Shown here piece by piece: positions 11,156 through 23,345 of a stretch of 64,000 bases of DNA (position 1 is its first letter; each line of letters begins with the position of its first letter). Made by a program: the position numbers and the translations under genes. The stretch is taken from the NCBI GenBank assembly GCA_964016885.1, contig OZ024741.1, forward strand, positions 350,300,001 to 350,364,000, read 5' to 3'. The notes under the pieces are model-generated. The model searched no databases. It was not told the origin of the DNA and saw only the letters and a list, made by a program, of their open reading frames with translations. The DNA comes from Eledone cirrhosa (Eukaryota).

Positions 11156-11330
11156 GAAAAGTATAGAAATTATTGTGAGCAAGAAGCAAACAGTATTCCA
11201 TAATATATAAGTGACTATACGTCAAAATGGAAAGATAGTTAACGTAAGATGTGGGAAAATAATTCAAACTTAATCAGGATATAGATTCATCCACAGAATT
11301 TAGTGAAATCCAGGGAAATATATATATATA

Positions 11331-11361
11331 TACACACACACAAACACACACACACACACAC

Positions 11362-11448
<87 letters not shown>
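11331..11448. repeat. (CA)n microsatellite
   Basis: Direct reading. Confidence 0.97.
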
Positions 11449-11450
<2 letters not shown>

Positions 11451-11596
11451 CATATATATATATATTTGTATATAGAATTACACACATACATATGTATACA
11501 TATCAAAGTATATGTGTCAGTGTGTGGGATACTGTGTACATGGGATACAACTATAGTGCACCCAAAAATATTTGTATTATATTATATTGTGAATTA

Positions 11597-11785
11597 AGGG
11601 CGGTGGATTGGCAGTATCGGTAGAGGGTCGGACGCCATGCTTTGCAGCAAAGAGTTACGGCCCTTTATGGTCTCAGTTCAAATCCCGCCGAGGTTAACTT
11701 TGCCTTTCATCCTTACGGGGTCGATAAAATAAAGTACCAGTAATGTACTGTGTAATTGCTGGCCTTGTGCCAAAAGTAGAAATAA
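11597..11785 (+). mobile_element. tRNA-derived SINE S1 (Pol III A/B boxes plus conserved core)
   Basis: A box tggcagtatcgg, B box gttcaaatcc, core gaggttaactttgcctttcatccttacggggtcgataaaataaagtaccag resembling Nin/Deu-type SINE domains. More than 10 copies in the window. Confidence 0.88.
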
Positions 11786-12448
11786 ATTATGCCAGTTACA
11801 GGGCTGTGTATATTGTAGGACTTTTAATCGCCTATAGATGAGTAATTATGAAGATTATATATGGAATATATAGTTTTATCTTATAAACCTAAACATAATT
11901 TGCCTAGCTACACACGGATAGAACATTGTGTCGGTGTATTTGCATATGTATGTATGTTGGAGAATACATACACATACATAAACACACACACGCACATATA
12001 TCAATGTTGTTTGGGTTTATTCATTTGTCTGTATATGTACGATTAATATTAGAATGTGCATATATATGTGTTAAACATTTACTGTATGGTTAGTTAGTTG
12101 CATATAAACTCATATAGAGTCCATAACTCCCATGGGTCACCTTGAACCAATCCTCTGCGAAACACGCATACCAGGTCGATATGCAATAAATATTTTTTAT
12201 ATGTAAACGAAACTTCCTCTTTTTTTTTTTCTATTATATACATTCTGCCTGTGCATGGATTGCTCGATTTGGTACCAATACCAGTATTTTACCGTACTAC
12301 CTACACTATATATATAGTGTTCGGGTTCGATCTGTAACAGATCTTGCCTCGAGCTGATCGGCGGAGAAACATATGTAATATGTTAATAAATGTGAGATGA
12401 TGCAACACTGATTCCTCGTTCTTGATAATATATATATATATATATATA

Positions 12449-12633
12449 TAATTGTTTCTACTTTAGGAACAAGGCCAGCAATTATCCAGTACATTACTAG
12501 TACTTTATTTTATCGACCCCGTAAGGATGAAAGGCAAAGTTAACCTCGGCGGGATTTGAACTCAGACTGTTAAGGGACGTAACTATGCTAGGAAGCATGG
12601 CGTCCAACCCTCTACCGATACTGCCAATTCACC
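12449..12633 (-). mobile_element. S1 SINE
   Basis: Full-length match; 3' end in (TA)n. Confidence 0.85.
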
Positions 12634-12667
12634 ATTAATATTAATATATATATTAATATTAATATAT

Positions 12668-12790
12668 GATGATTTCTCCCGAATGAAACAGTTCTAGTCC
12701 TGTAGAAGCTTTTTCTATATTAAATATTTATACTCTGCTTTGCTGTACCCTACTTACTGTGATTACCTCCGATTGAACCAGGGATAAACT
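12668..12790 (+). mobile_element. 5'-truncated copy of family C, beginning inside the HHR core
   Basis: tgatgatttctcccgaatgaaacagttctagtcctgtagaa matches 4206-4246; similarity continues to the 3' end. Confidence 0.75.
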
Positions 12791-12803
12791 TATATATAAA
12801 TAC

Positions 12804-12962
12804 ATACGAGGTGGGTGCTGAAAAGTTCCTGGCTTGATCGCTGGCCCAATATTCTGAGTTTTTCTTACAAGGGTTAGAAAAACTGAAGGACCGTTGCAAT
12901 AACCGTGTGAATCTGAGAGGAGGATGTGTTGAATAAAATCACAATTAACTGATCTTCCTGTA
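12804..12962 (+). mobile_element. Mariner-derived remnant
   Basis: TIR-like tacgagg..gctgaaaagttcctggct followed by EFFLQGLEKLKDRCNNRVNLRGGCVE*, resembling the mariner transposase C-terminus F..GI.KL..RW.KCV...GDYVE*. Confidence 0.7.
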
Positions 12963-13354
12963 AGAGATGATTCCAACGAGATCATTCGGTGTGAGCTATT
13001 GTCTCTGTAGTAGGCTTTCATCCCATAAAGTTCCATTGAAGATTCTAATTGAGCTACAGAATTATATGTGTATGTGTTTTGAACAATTAAATTATAACAA
13101 AACGAAAAGATAGGTTCTTAATTACTTAATTGTTTAACGATCATTGCAGAAGGTTGATTAATCCCGATAAATCAGTGTTTCTGAGGAATACGGTGTAATG
13201 GAGCTAGGATATCGAGACTAATAATAGGCGGTGGCACAACCACTCTGTTAGTCAAGATACCGATTTATCATGATCAATCAACACTCAGAAACGATCGTGA
13301 AACAATGAATTAATTAAGAACTTATCTTTGCCTATTGTCTTATATTCATTGTTC

Positions 13355-13387
<33 letters not shown>

Positions 13388-13773
13388 ACACAGACACAGA
13401 TACACACATATAGAGACGCACACACACACACATACAGACGCACACACACACACAGATACACACACACACATACACACACATATATATATATAGACATAAA
13501 GTATTTTCACCGTTTCTTTTTCCTTTCTCTTTCTCTCTACCTACCCTACCTAACTGTATACCAACCTACCAAACGGCTGACCAACTCTCCGAACTACACA
13601 TAACGACCGACGCCCTCCGTAACTCTGATACAAACTTTCCTCGACTGAATGAATAACCAATGGATGTATATACTAATTCTATACAACCAACCAACCGGTC
13701 AACCAATATTTTGTCGCAACTTTGCTTCGAACTATAACGCCGATGAACATCAACAACCACTACAGTATCTAGA

Positions 13774-13956
13774 ATGGGACTTGCGAAACTTTTCCTTATC
13801 TACTCCAGCTTGTGTACTGTATGTCTTCTGCCGTTTCACCACGATGAAAGACGCTTTGTGAGGGCTGAGAACATCATCCTCAATAAAACCCAGGATAAGG
13901 ACGGAGACAGGAGCAAGCGGGCGGCAGCAGTTATCCGAAACACTTCTCAGGCGAAT
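13774..13956 (+). CDS. Candidate first coding exon of a secreted/membrane pre-pro-protein
   Basis: agaATGG start context, hydrophobic N-terminus (MGLAKLFLIYSSLCTVCLLP), RSKR furin-type site, N-glycosylation sequons NKT and NTS. 61 codons end exactly at a consensus GTAAGT donor (13957, phase 0). Non-repetitive and GC-richer than the flanks. Confidence 0.5.
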
Positions 13957-13976
13957 GTAAGTCGACCAACCATTTG

Positions 13977-14018
<42 letters not shown>

Positions 14019-14255
14019 CTTTTCCCTTCTTTCTTTCTCTCTTTCTTTTTACTTCTTTCTTTCGTTGATTCCTGTTTATTTTTGCGTATATTATTATCAA
14101 TGTTCGATATAACCCATACGTACATATGTATATATATGTGTGTGTGTGTGTGTGCGTGTACGTATGCATACTTACACACACAAACACACACACACACACA
14201 CACACTCACACACATCATTTTCGTTTAACGTCCATCTTCCACGCTAGCATGGGTT

Positions 14256-14299
<44 letters not shown>

Positions 14300-14874
14300 T
14301 AGCATAACTTATCTCATTTTATAAATTTCTCTCCTATCACTCATTTTCTCTTCTTTTCCTTCCATTTACTTTTTTCTCTCTCCTCCCCTTCTCTAGTCCT
14401 ATCTACCTATCTATCTTGATATCGGTCAGTCTGTCTACACAACCACTACTAGTTTTAGTTCTATATTATTATTTTCAATATAACTACTATTTCATTATTT
14501 CTCTATCTGTCTTTCTTTCCCCACCCATCTCTCTTTTGCTGTCTTACTACACACACACACACACACATTCACACAAGCATAAATACATACACAGATACAC
14601 TTTGACTTTCTCTCTCTCTCTCGTTCCTCTGTTGCTCTTTTTACTTTACCTCTAAACATATCTTTCTCTCAGTCTTAGCTCCTCTTTCTCCTGTAATCTC
14701 TCCCAACTTATTTATTTACTTTCTCTAAGCTAGATTTTTTTCTTCTTCCTCACACGCATTCATCCTTACAGTTGTCTCTATCTATCCCTCAAACCCCGCT
14801 TACTAGTTTATACTACATCATCTTTACTCACTTCCTACCTCTCTATCGTTTATCTACCTTTCATTCAATCTCCT

Positions 14875-15131
<257 letters not shown>

Positions 15132-15557
15132 GGAGTCCTCGATCTAACCATCTTTCTATCAACCTTTTTTCCTCCCCAACTTTCTCGGGGTTCTTTCTTC
15201 TTATTTCTTCTTATTTCACTCCTGGAGCTCCAGCTTTTAACCCATTCATATATATTCCAGGATACTTAAGAATGTCTGTATGCTAGTGCAACTGTGTGCC
15301 TCTGCCTATATTTCAGTGTTGTATGTCTAAAGTTATGTGTTGCGTCAGTGTATGTGTGTATGTTTATATGTGTGTATATTTGCGTGAATATATTTGTATG
15401 TGTTTAGTATGCACGTATATGCATGCGTGTATATATCACATATGTATGTTTGTATAAATGCATACATGTATGTCAGAGTGTATATAAATATATATGTATA
15501 AAACATTAGATAGTTTGATGTAGATGTTATAAAATAGTATCCAGATAGACACTGATA

Positions 15558-15748
15558 TATAACAAAGATGGTGGGGTAAGGTACCAGGTGGACTATAACG
15601 CACCAGAGTACTCGATACTTGGGGTAGTAGAGTGGGTAATATGAAAAGATTCAGGACACCGACGGCTGAGCTCCGGCCGTTTCGACAGCTAGATCTAGCT
15701 TCCGAAACGGCCGGAGCTCAGCCGTCGAGGTCCTGAATCTTATCATAT
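15558..15748. mobile_element. Fold-back element (family F) with arms made of an HHR 3' half
   Basis: Palindrome 15639-15748 centred on agctagatctagct. The arm reads GAAA cggc cggagctca gccg TC. Extra terminal sequence lies on the left. Confidence 0.8.
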
Positions 15749-15760
15749 ATATATATATAT

Positions 15761-15862
15761 AGTAATAATAATAAATTTGAAGACTAAAATCCAAAGAAGA
15801 TCCCGTTAAGAGTGAAAGCAGCGATTCTTTGCTTAAACTTTAATCTGTTATTTTAATAAATA
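15761..15862. mobile_element. Internally deleted mini-copy of family B
   Basis: The first ~37 nt match 2269-2305 and the remainder matches ~2859-2927; TA-flanked. Confidence 0.8.
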
Positions 15863-15870
15863 TATATATA

Positions 15871-16037
15871 TATAACGAGGGAATTGTGGTAAGGAACCAG
15901 GTGAACCATAACGCACCAGAGTACTTAATACTTAGGGTAGTAGAGTGGGTGATAGGAAAAGGTATGACCCCGACGGCAGAGCTCAAGCCGTTTCGACGGC
16001 TATTTCACGAGTGCCGTCGGGGTCATACCTTTCCTAT
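15871..16037. mobile_element. Second family F fold-back element (diverged subfamily)
   Basis: Left part homologous to 15558-15684. Inverted arms at 15952-15978 and 16012-16037. Minus strand reads GAAA cggc ttgagctct gccg TC. Confidence 0.75.
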
Positions 16038-16226
16038 ATATATATATATTATATGGAGTGTCTGCGGTACGAAGACCGGCAAGCGCAGAAATCAGAATAT
16101 TATTCGATGCCTGATGAGATACCGACTGAGTATATTAATGTGGTAAAAGTCTGACCACCAACTCGGAGTTTCAACTTGTAGAAGCTTCTAGATATTCCAT
16201 ACTGAAACCGCACAAGTTCGCGTTCT

Positions 16227-16287
<61 letters not shown>

Positions 16288-16482
16288 TGTGTGTCTTCTT
16301 GTTTTAATCATGTACCAGAATCACGTCTCCAGTATATTTTCCCTGTGGACTTTGTGTATGACCGACCGACTGACCACTACTTAGCCACCAACACCAACGT
16401 CCTACGTCAATGTATATTTGTTATTTATTTATCTATTTATTTGCTTTCCAGCCGAGGGACTGAGGTCACGCTGAGGCATACG

Positions 16483-16578
<96 letters not shown>

Positions 16579-16587
16579 TGGCCTCAG

Positions 16588-16618
<31 letters not shown>

Positions 16619-16623
<5 letters not shown>

Positions 16624-16945
16624 GTTTCTACTTTTGGCACAAGGCCAGCAATTATCGCAGTGTATTACTGGTACTTTATTTTATCGACCCCGTAAGGATG
16701 AAAGGCAAAGTGAACCTCGGCGTACATGTATGCATACATACATGCAAACATATATATATAATTGTTTCTACTTTTGGCACAAGGCCAGCAATTATCCCAG
16801 TGCATTACTGGTACTTTATTTTATCGACCCCGTAAGGATGAAAGGCAAATTTAACCTCGGCGGGATTTGAACTCAGAATGGCAAGAGCCGTAACTCTATG
16901 CGTCAGAGCATGGCGTCCGACCCTCTACCAATACTGCCAATCCAC
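16619..16945 (-). mobile_element. Two tandem S1 SINEs (partial 16619-16721; full 16760-16945)
   Basis: Family match; each 3' end abuts (TA)n. Confidence 0.85.
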
Positions 16946-17444
16946 ATAATGTGACTAAATCCGTAGTTTTATGGAAAAGGCAGTGACAATGTTGATTATA
17001 GTGATACCAATGTTATCTCTATTCGTGATGATGATGATGGTGATAATGTGTAATTTTATTCATATAAATAGTAGTTAAATTATATACGCTTTTGATTGCA
17101 GGCGTGATGGTGTTTCTGGTCCAGTCTTGTTCCTATAAACTTACCATGAAAATGAAAATCATTTCAAATATGACCACCCTGTCTTTGTTTGTATATCTAG
17201 CGTTACCTTGTCAATGAAGTATAATATGATGAGGGATTTGGCTGCTATTTCTAGCAAGTCAATTAAACAAGTAGAGTTTCCAGCTGTAAATGATGATGCT
17301 GATAGCTGTGCTATGTGTGTTTATCTTTATAAAGAGTACTTAATATGTATGCGCAATTAATTGCATCGGCTATTGTTTTCTGTGTCTGTGTATTTGTATA
17401 GTGATCTAATGTGGCTATACGTATAATGACAATGGTGGTTTATA

Positions 17445-17474
17445 GTATTTTGTATGTGTGTAATTGTAATGCTG

Positions 17475-17543
<69 letters not shown>

Positions 17544-17680
17544 TTTTGTATGTGTGTAATTGTAATGCTAGTAGTAGTAGTAGTAGTAGTATTTTGTATG
17601 TGTGTAATTGTAATGCTAGTAGTAGTAGTAGTAGTAGTAGTATTTTGTATGTGTGTAATTGTAATGCTAGTAGTAGTAGT
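17445..17680. repeat. Minisatellite: 28-nt unit tattttgtatgtgtgtaattgtaatgct plus variable (AGT)n, 4 copies
   Basis: Direct reading. Confidence 0.9.
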
Positions 17681-18109
17681 GGTGGTGGTGGTGGTTGCTT
17701 AGTCCCGGGTCAATGCTGGTCGAATAGAATTATAATGAAATGCATTCCAGCCATAACCACCCCGTCTTTTTAAACTTATATAAAACTAGATTTTCTTAAC
17801 CGTATGTATGTATTTTCCTTGTGTATGTTGAATAGGGTTACATGCTGAAGGAATTTGGCTGCTATTTCTAGCATGTCCGGCAACTACGTAGATATTTCCT
17901 TGTTAGTTTTGTAGTGATGGGAGTAGTTTGGTTTAATTAGGTTGTTTGCAATTGATGCGAGTGTATAGTTTGTGTATGTTTGTGTGTGGAGCGTCCAAGA
18001 GGATGATCGTGCACATATAAATGTTACTGAACGAAAGGGTTTGTTGTAGCTGCTGTTGTTGTGATAATAGTATCTACTAATAACGTTGCTTTGTGTACTG
18101 TTGTGTGTT

Positions 18110-18172
<63 letters not shown>

Positions 18173-18299
18173 CATGGTGTAAGGTGGTGATGTAAATAGT
18201 ATGATGGTGGTGGAACTGGTTGTTATGATAGTTGTGGTATTTATGATGGTATAGGCTATGGGAATACTAGTTTTAGTAGTCGTATGTATAAAAAGCAAT

Positions 18300-20460
18300 A
18301 GTGGTAGTGGTTTATGGTGGTAGTGGTGATGGTGGTGGTGGTGGTGGTTATGGTGGTGGTTATGGTGGGGGTTGTAGTGGTAGTGGTTTATGGTGGTAGT
18401 GGTGATGGTGATAGTGGTAGTGGTTATGGTGGTAGTGGTGGTGCTGGTGGTTATGGTGGTGGTTGTGGTAGTGGTGGTGGTGGTGGTGGTGGTTATGGTG
18501 GTAGTGGTAGTCATTATGGTGGTAGTTTTAGTGCTGGTGGTTAGGGTGGCTGTGTTAGTGGTTATGGTGGTAGTGGTAAGGGTTAGGGTGGTAGAGGTGG
18601 TAGTTATAATACTAGTGTTAATATTAGTATCAATAATAAGCAGTGATGGTGGTCAGTCATTGAATTTTTCCTTCCTTCCTTCTTTCTTTCCTTCCTCTTT
18701 TGTGTGTTTCTTTATTACGTTTATATTTTAATTAACACGAACAGATCCTCATTTACGAAAATATTATACATGCCAACAACACACACACACGCGCACACAC
18801 ACATCATACGCATCCACACACAAACATACACACATACATATATACACATTCTTTCTCTGTCTGTGTATGTTAACCCACCTATCTTTTTAATTAACACACA
18901 CATGCCTATAGCAGAGTTTCCTTCTCCCCCTCTCTGTCTCACTCCCCCTCTCTTTCTCCTCCTCTCTCTCACTCTCTCTCTCTCTCCCTTTCTTTCTCCC
19001 CCTCCCCCTCTCTCTCTCCTACGTCTATATGAAGTTAGTCTCCTTCCTTTTCTCCCTCCCTCTCTCACACACACATACACATAACATCATGACAACACCA
19101 TCTCTCTTTGTATCTCTCAATCTTTCCCTCCTCTCCTTCTATCTCTCCTCCTTCCCTCTACCTCTCCTCCATCTCTCTATCTCCCTTCCTCTGTATCTCT
19201 CATTCCCCCTCTCTCTCACTCACTCTCTCTCTCACTCTCTATCTCCCTATCTCCCTTCCTCTCTATCTCTCATTCCCCCTCTCTCTCTCTCACTCTCTAT
19301 CTCTCTCACCCTTCTCTCTGTATCTCTCATTCCCTCTCTCCTCCACCCCCTCTCTCTCTCTCTCTCATTCCCTCTCTATCTATCTCTCCTCCTCCCATCT
19401 CTCCCTCAACACACCACAGTTTAATCGTTAGTGGTCATGCAGGTAGCATTGGTTTCGGTCAGGCTGTTAGTTATCTGAAAGTTGGAATTAAGTAGCAAGC
19501 CGGCTAGACTACAGCTGATGGTGTTAATGTTGTGGTTGGTGTTATGGTAGTGGTAGTGGTGGTGGTGGTGAGGTGCTTGTGGTGATTGTGGTGGAGGCGC
19601 TGGTAGTGGTGGTGTTGTTGGTTGCGGCGGCGATAATGGTGGGGTGCATGTGGGTGATTGTGGCGGCGATGGTGGTGATGGTGTTGGTTGTGATGGTTGC
19701 AAGAATGGTGGAGGTGGTTGTGGTGGTGGTGGTGGTGTTGGTTGCGGCGGAGGCGCTGGTGGTGATGTTGTTGTTGGTTGCGGCGGCGATAATGGTGGAG
19801 TGCTTGTGGTGATTGTGGCGGCGATGGTGATGGTTGAAAGAATGGTGGTGGTGGTGTTGGTTGCGGCGGCGATGGTGGTGGGGTGCTTGTGGTGATTGCG
19901 GCGGCGCTGGTGGTGATGGTCTTGATAGTGATGGTGTTGGTTGAGATGGTTCTGGCGATGGTGGTTGCAAGAATGGTGGTGGCGGTTGTGGTAGTGATGG
20001 TGTTGGTTACACCGGTGGTGATAGTTGTGATAGTGGTGGTGGTGGTGGTGGTGGTGGTATGAGGTGATTCTGGTGACGGTGGTATGGTGGTGGTTGTGAT
20101 AGTGGGAGTCGTGGTTCTGGTGATGATGTTTGCAAGAATAGTGGTGGCGGTGAGGGTGGTGGTTGTAGTGGTTCTGGTGATGGTGGCTGCGAGAATAGTG
20201 GTGTTGCTTGCGGCGGCGATGGTGGTGGTGGTGGTGGTGGTTGTAGTGGTTTGGTGATGGCAGTGATGGTGATGGTGATGGTGATGGTGGTTGTGAGGAT
20301 GGAGGTGGTGTTGAATGTGATAGTGATGGTGGTTGTAGTGGTGATAGTGGCTGTGTGGGTGGTGGTTATCGTGGTTGTGAGAATGGTGGTGGTGATGGTG
20401 GTTGTGGTTGTGGTTGTTATGTTGATGGTAGAGACAGCGACGGTGGTGGTAGTATTATGT
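18300..20460. repeat. GGT-rich and CT-rich low-complexity tracts
   Basis: (GGT)n-like at 18300-18600 and 19530-20460; CT-rich at 18920-19410. Confidence 0.85.
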
Positions 20461-21099
20461 TGCTAGTTCGGATAGATGCTAGATGCATAGAGCTGGTTGT
20501 TTAATATCAACATTATATGTGTGTGTGTATGTGTGTATGTATGTATATGTGTGTATGTATGTGTGTGTATGTATGTATATGTGTATTCTTTTTTTATTAT
20601 TATTCATTATTAAATTCTTGTTCCTGTTCTTCGTTTTGCGGTTGCTATTATCATCAGCAACAGTAGTAGTAGTAGTAGTAATAGTAGTAGTAGTAGCAGC
20701 AGCAGTAGTAGCAGCAGCAGTAGTAGTAGTAACAGCAGCAGTAGTAGTGGTAGTAGTAGTAGTAGTAGTTTTTATGTTCGGTATATTTATCTCGGTGGGT
20801 CGTTTTAAGTTAGTTGAATGTAGTCAGTGATAGGGACAGGCAGACAGACAAATAAAGAGAGAATGGGTGTGAATCAGAGAGAGAGAGAGAGAGAGAGAGA
20901 TAGTGTGTGTCTAGATGTGTGCGAGTGTGTGTGTATATATGTGCGTGTGTGTGTGTAAGCCTGACGTTCGGTCCGTCTTTCTTCGGACACTTAAGTAGAT
21001 ATGTGCTGTGGCGTTCAAATAAAGAGTAAACTTGGACAGTTCTAAAATCCATAGACACACACATACGGACATACTGACACGCACACTTATACATACTAG

Positions 21100-21790
21100 T
21101 ACACACATGCCAATATACATACACACATGCCAATATACATACACACATGCCAATATACATACACACATACCGATATACATAGACACATACCGATATACAT
21201 ACACACATACCGATATACATAGACACATACCGATATACATACACACATACCGATATACATAGCCACATACCGACATACATACATGCCTACATACATACAT
21301 ACATGCCTACATACATACATGTATGCATGCCTACATACATACATACATGCCTACATACATACATGCCTACAAACATTACATGCATGCATGCCTATATGCA
21401 TGCCTACATACATACATGCCTACATACATTACATGCATGCATGCCTATATGCATGCCTACATACATACATGCCTACATACATTACATGCATGCATGCCTA
21501 TATGCATGCCTACATACATACATGCCTACATACATTACATGCATGCATGCCTATATGCATGCCTACATACATACATGCCTACATACATTACATGCATGCA
21601 TGCCTATATGCATGCCTACATACATACATACATGCATGCATACATACATGTCTACATACAATCATACATGCATGCCTACATGAATGCCTACATACATACA
21701 TACCTACACACATACATACATACATAAATAGATACATACATGCATGTCTACATACACACATACCTACACACATACATAAATAGATGCATA
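21100..21790. repeat. Minisatellites (20-bp unit, then 53-bp unit) built on CATA/CATG
   Basis: acacacataccgatatacat-type units at 21100-21280; 53-nt acattacatgcatgcatgcctatatgcatgcc... about 5 copies at 21373-21625. Confidence 0.85.
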
Positions 21791-22122
21791 CATGCCTACA
21801 TAGATACATGATGGCTGCCCCCTCGTTATCGAGTATGGCCATTGCACGATATACCATTATTGATAATTATTAATTAATTCTATCGTGCAATGCCTGTGCG
21901 TGAAGATATATTTTAAAGTGAGGAAAGACTGTGTGCATACATACATGCATACATACATACATGCCTACATACATGCATGCCTACATACATACACACATAC
22001 ATACATGTGCAGAGAGACAAGAGTATAGGTTAAACAAGCTACAAGTTAAGGACCCACAATTGTCAGGAAATATCTTCAATTTTTGTGAATCCTTAAATCC
22101 AATTCTGCATACATACATACAT

Positions 22123-22445
22123 ATGGTGGCTGCCAACTCGTTTTCGAGTACGGCCACTACTTTATATCCATGTAGGAGAACCCCTACCGATGCGCTGAAC
22201 GAGTGTGACATTTTAGTCCAGCCAGCGACTTGAAAACTCTGGTACAAACACTACACTTGTGACAATTATTGACACATAGTGCTGGGCCCATGGTACCATG
22301 TGACGACAAGTGCAGAGAGATCTCCAGATATAAAACAATGCCTGTGCCGTGAAGCTTTTATAGTGAGCAAAGGCACTGCACAAAGCCAGTCCCACTCTCT
22401 TAACCAAGATGATATTTACCAAAAAGAAGAACAAGTCAACATCAT
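22123..22445 (-). mobile_element. 5'-truncated copy of the RTE-derived non-autonomous element
   Basis: Matches the 3' ~320 bp of 38012-38622; (CATA)n on both sides. Confidence 0.85.
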
Positions 22446-23177
22446 ACATACATACATACATACATACATACATACATACATACATACATACATACATACA
22501 TACATGGAATGAATCTCCATTGGTTTCGACGATGAGTGTGTCAGTTGTTTATGAAATGGAAGTGCAAGTGGCTGAATATTCCACAGACATGTGTAGCTAT
22601 AACATCAGGGAGTCAGCATGACACAGTTTGTGACAAGGCTGGTCCGGTGGATATGTTCTTTATTTATCGACCCTGAAAGGATGAAAGACAGGATTAGAAC
22701 TCAGATCACAGTAAGCCGAAATGCCCTAACGAGTGCTAATTCACCACCATGCGCGCATACAGAGGCAAACACAAAATATGCTTCCCTCTATCCTGATTAT
22801 GGATTCAACCATTCTTATTATAGAGACATGTGTATGTTTTAATTCTAGTCAGGCGAACTGGCAGGGCCGCTTATGTATTGGATTAAAAATATCCCAGCAT
22901 TTGATCCGGCTCACTGTATTCTGACTTCAAATTCCGGAGAACTCAAAATTGCTTTCGATAAATAAACTACCAATCCAGTAGTGGGCCAATTCTTCCTCTC
23001 CTCTCTATCTCTTACTTTCGCTGGAAGAAATGAACTATTATGACCTGGAAAGGGATAGGCTTCGCCAAGTTTAAGATGTCCCCAAAACGGCATATGGCTG
23101 GACAGCCCTTTTACGATTCCACCATGGTTTAAGGTTCTTTCTCTTTCTTTTTTTTTACTATAATTATATGCATATCT

Positions 23178-23345
23178 GAGGCGGTGAATTGGACAGAGTC
23201 GTGAGAACGTCAGATTGAATACTTTACCGTATTCACTCCGGCTCTCTCTGCTCTGATACCAAATCCTATCGAAGTCAACTTTGGCTTTCATCCTTTCGGG
23301 GTCAATAAAAAAAAGTACCAATCCTGTATTGGGTACTGGAATTGA
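23178..23345 (+). mobile_element. Diverged S1-type SINE
   Basis: ggcggtgaattgg head and ggctttcatcctttcggggtcaataaaa..agtacc core. Confidence 0.65.

Noticed and set aside
11597-11690. tRNA gene
   Set aside because: The A/B boxes belong to a multicopy SINE head; no proper cloverleaf.
18077-20830. Gly/Val/Thr/Pro-rich structural protein ORFs
   Set aside because: Trinucleotide low-complexity DNA open in many frames, with no splice or start evidence.
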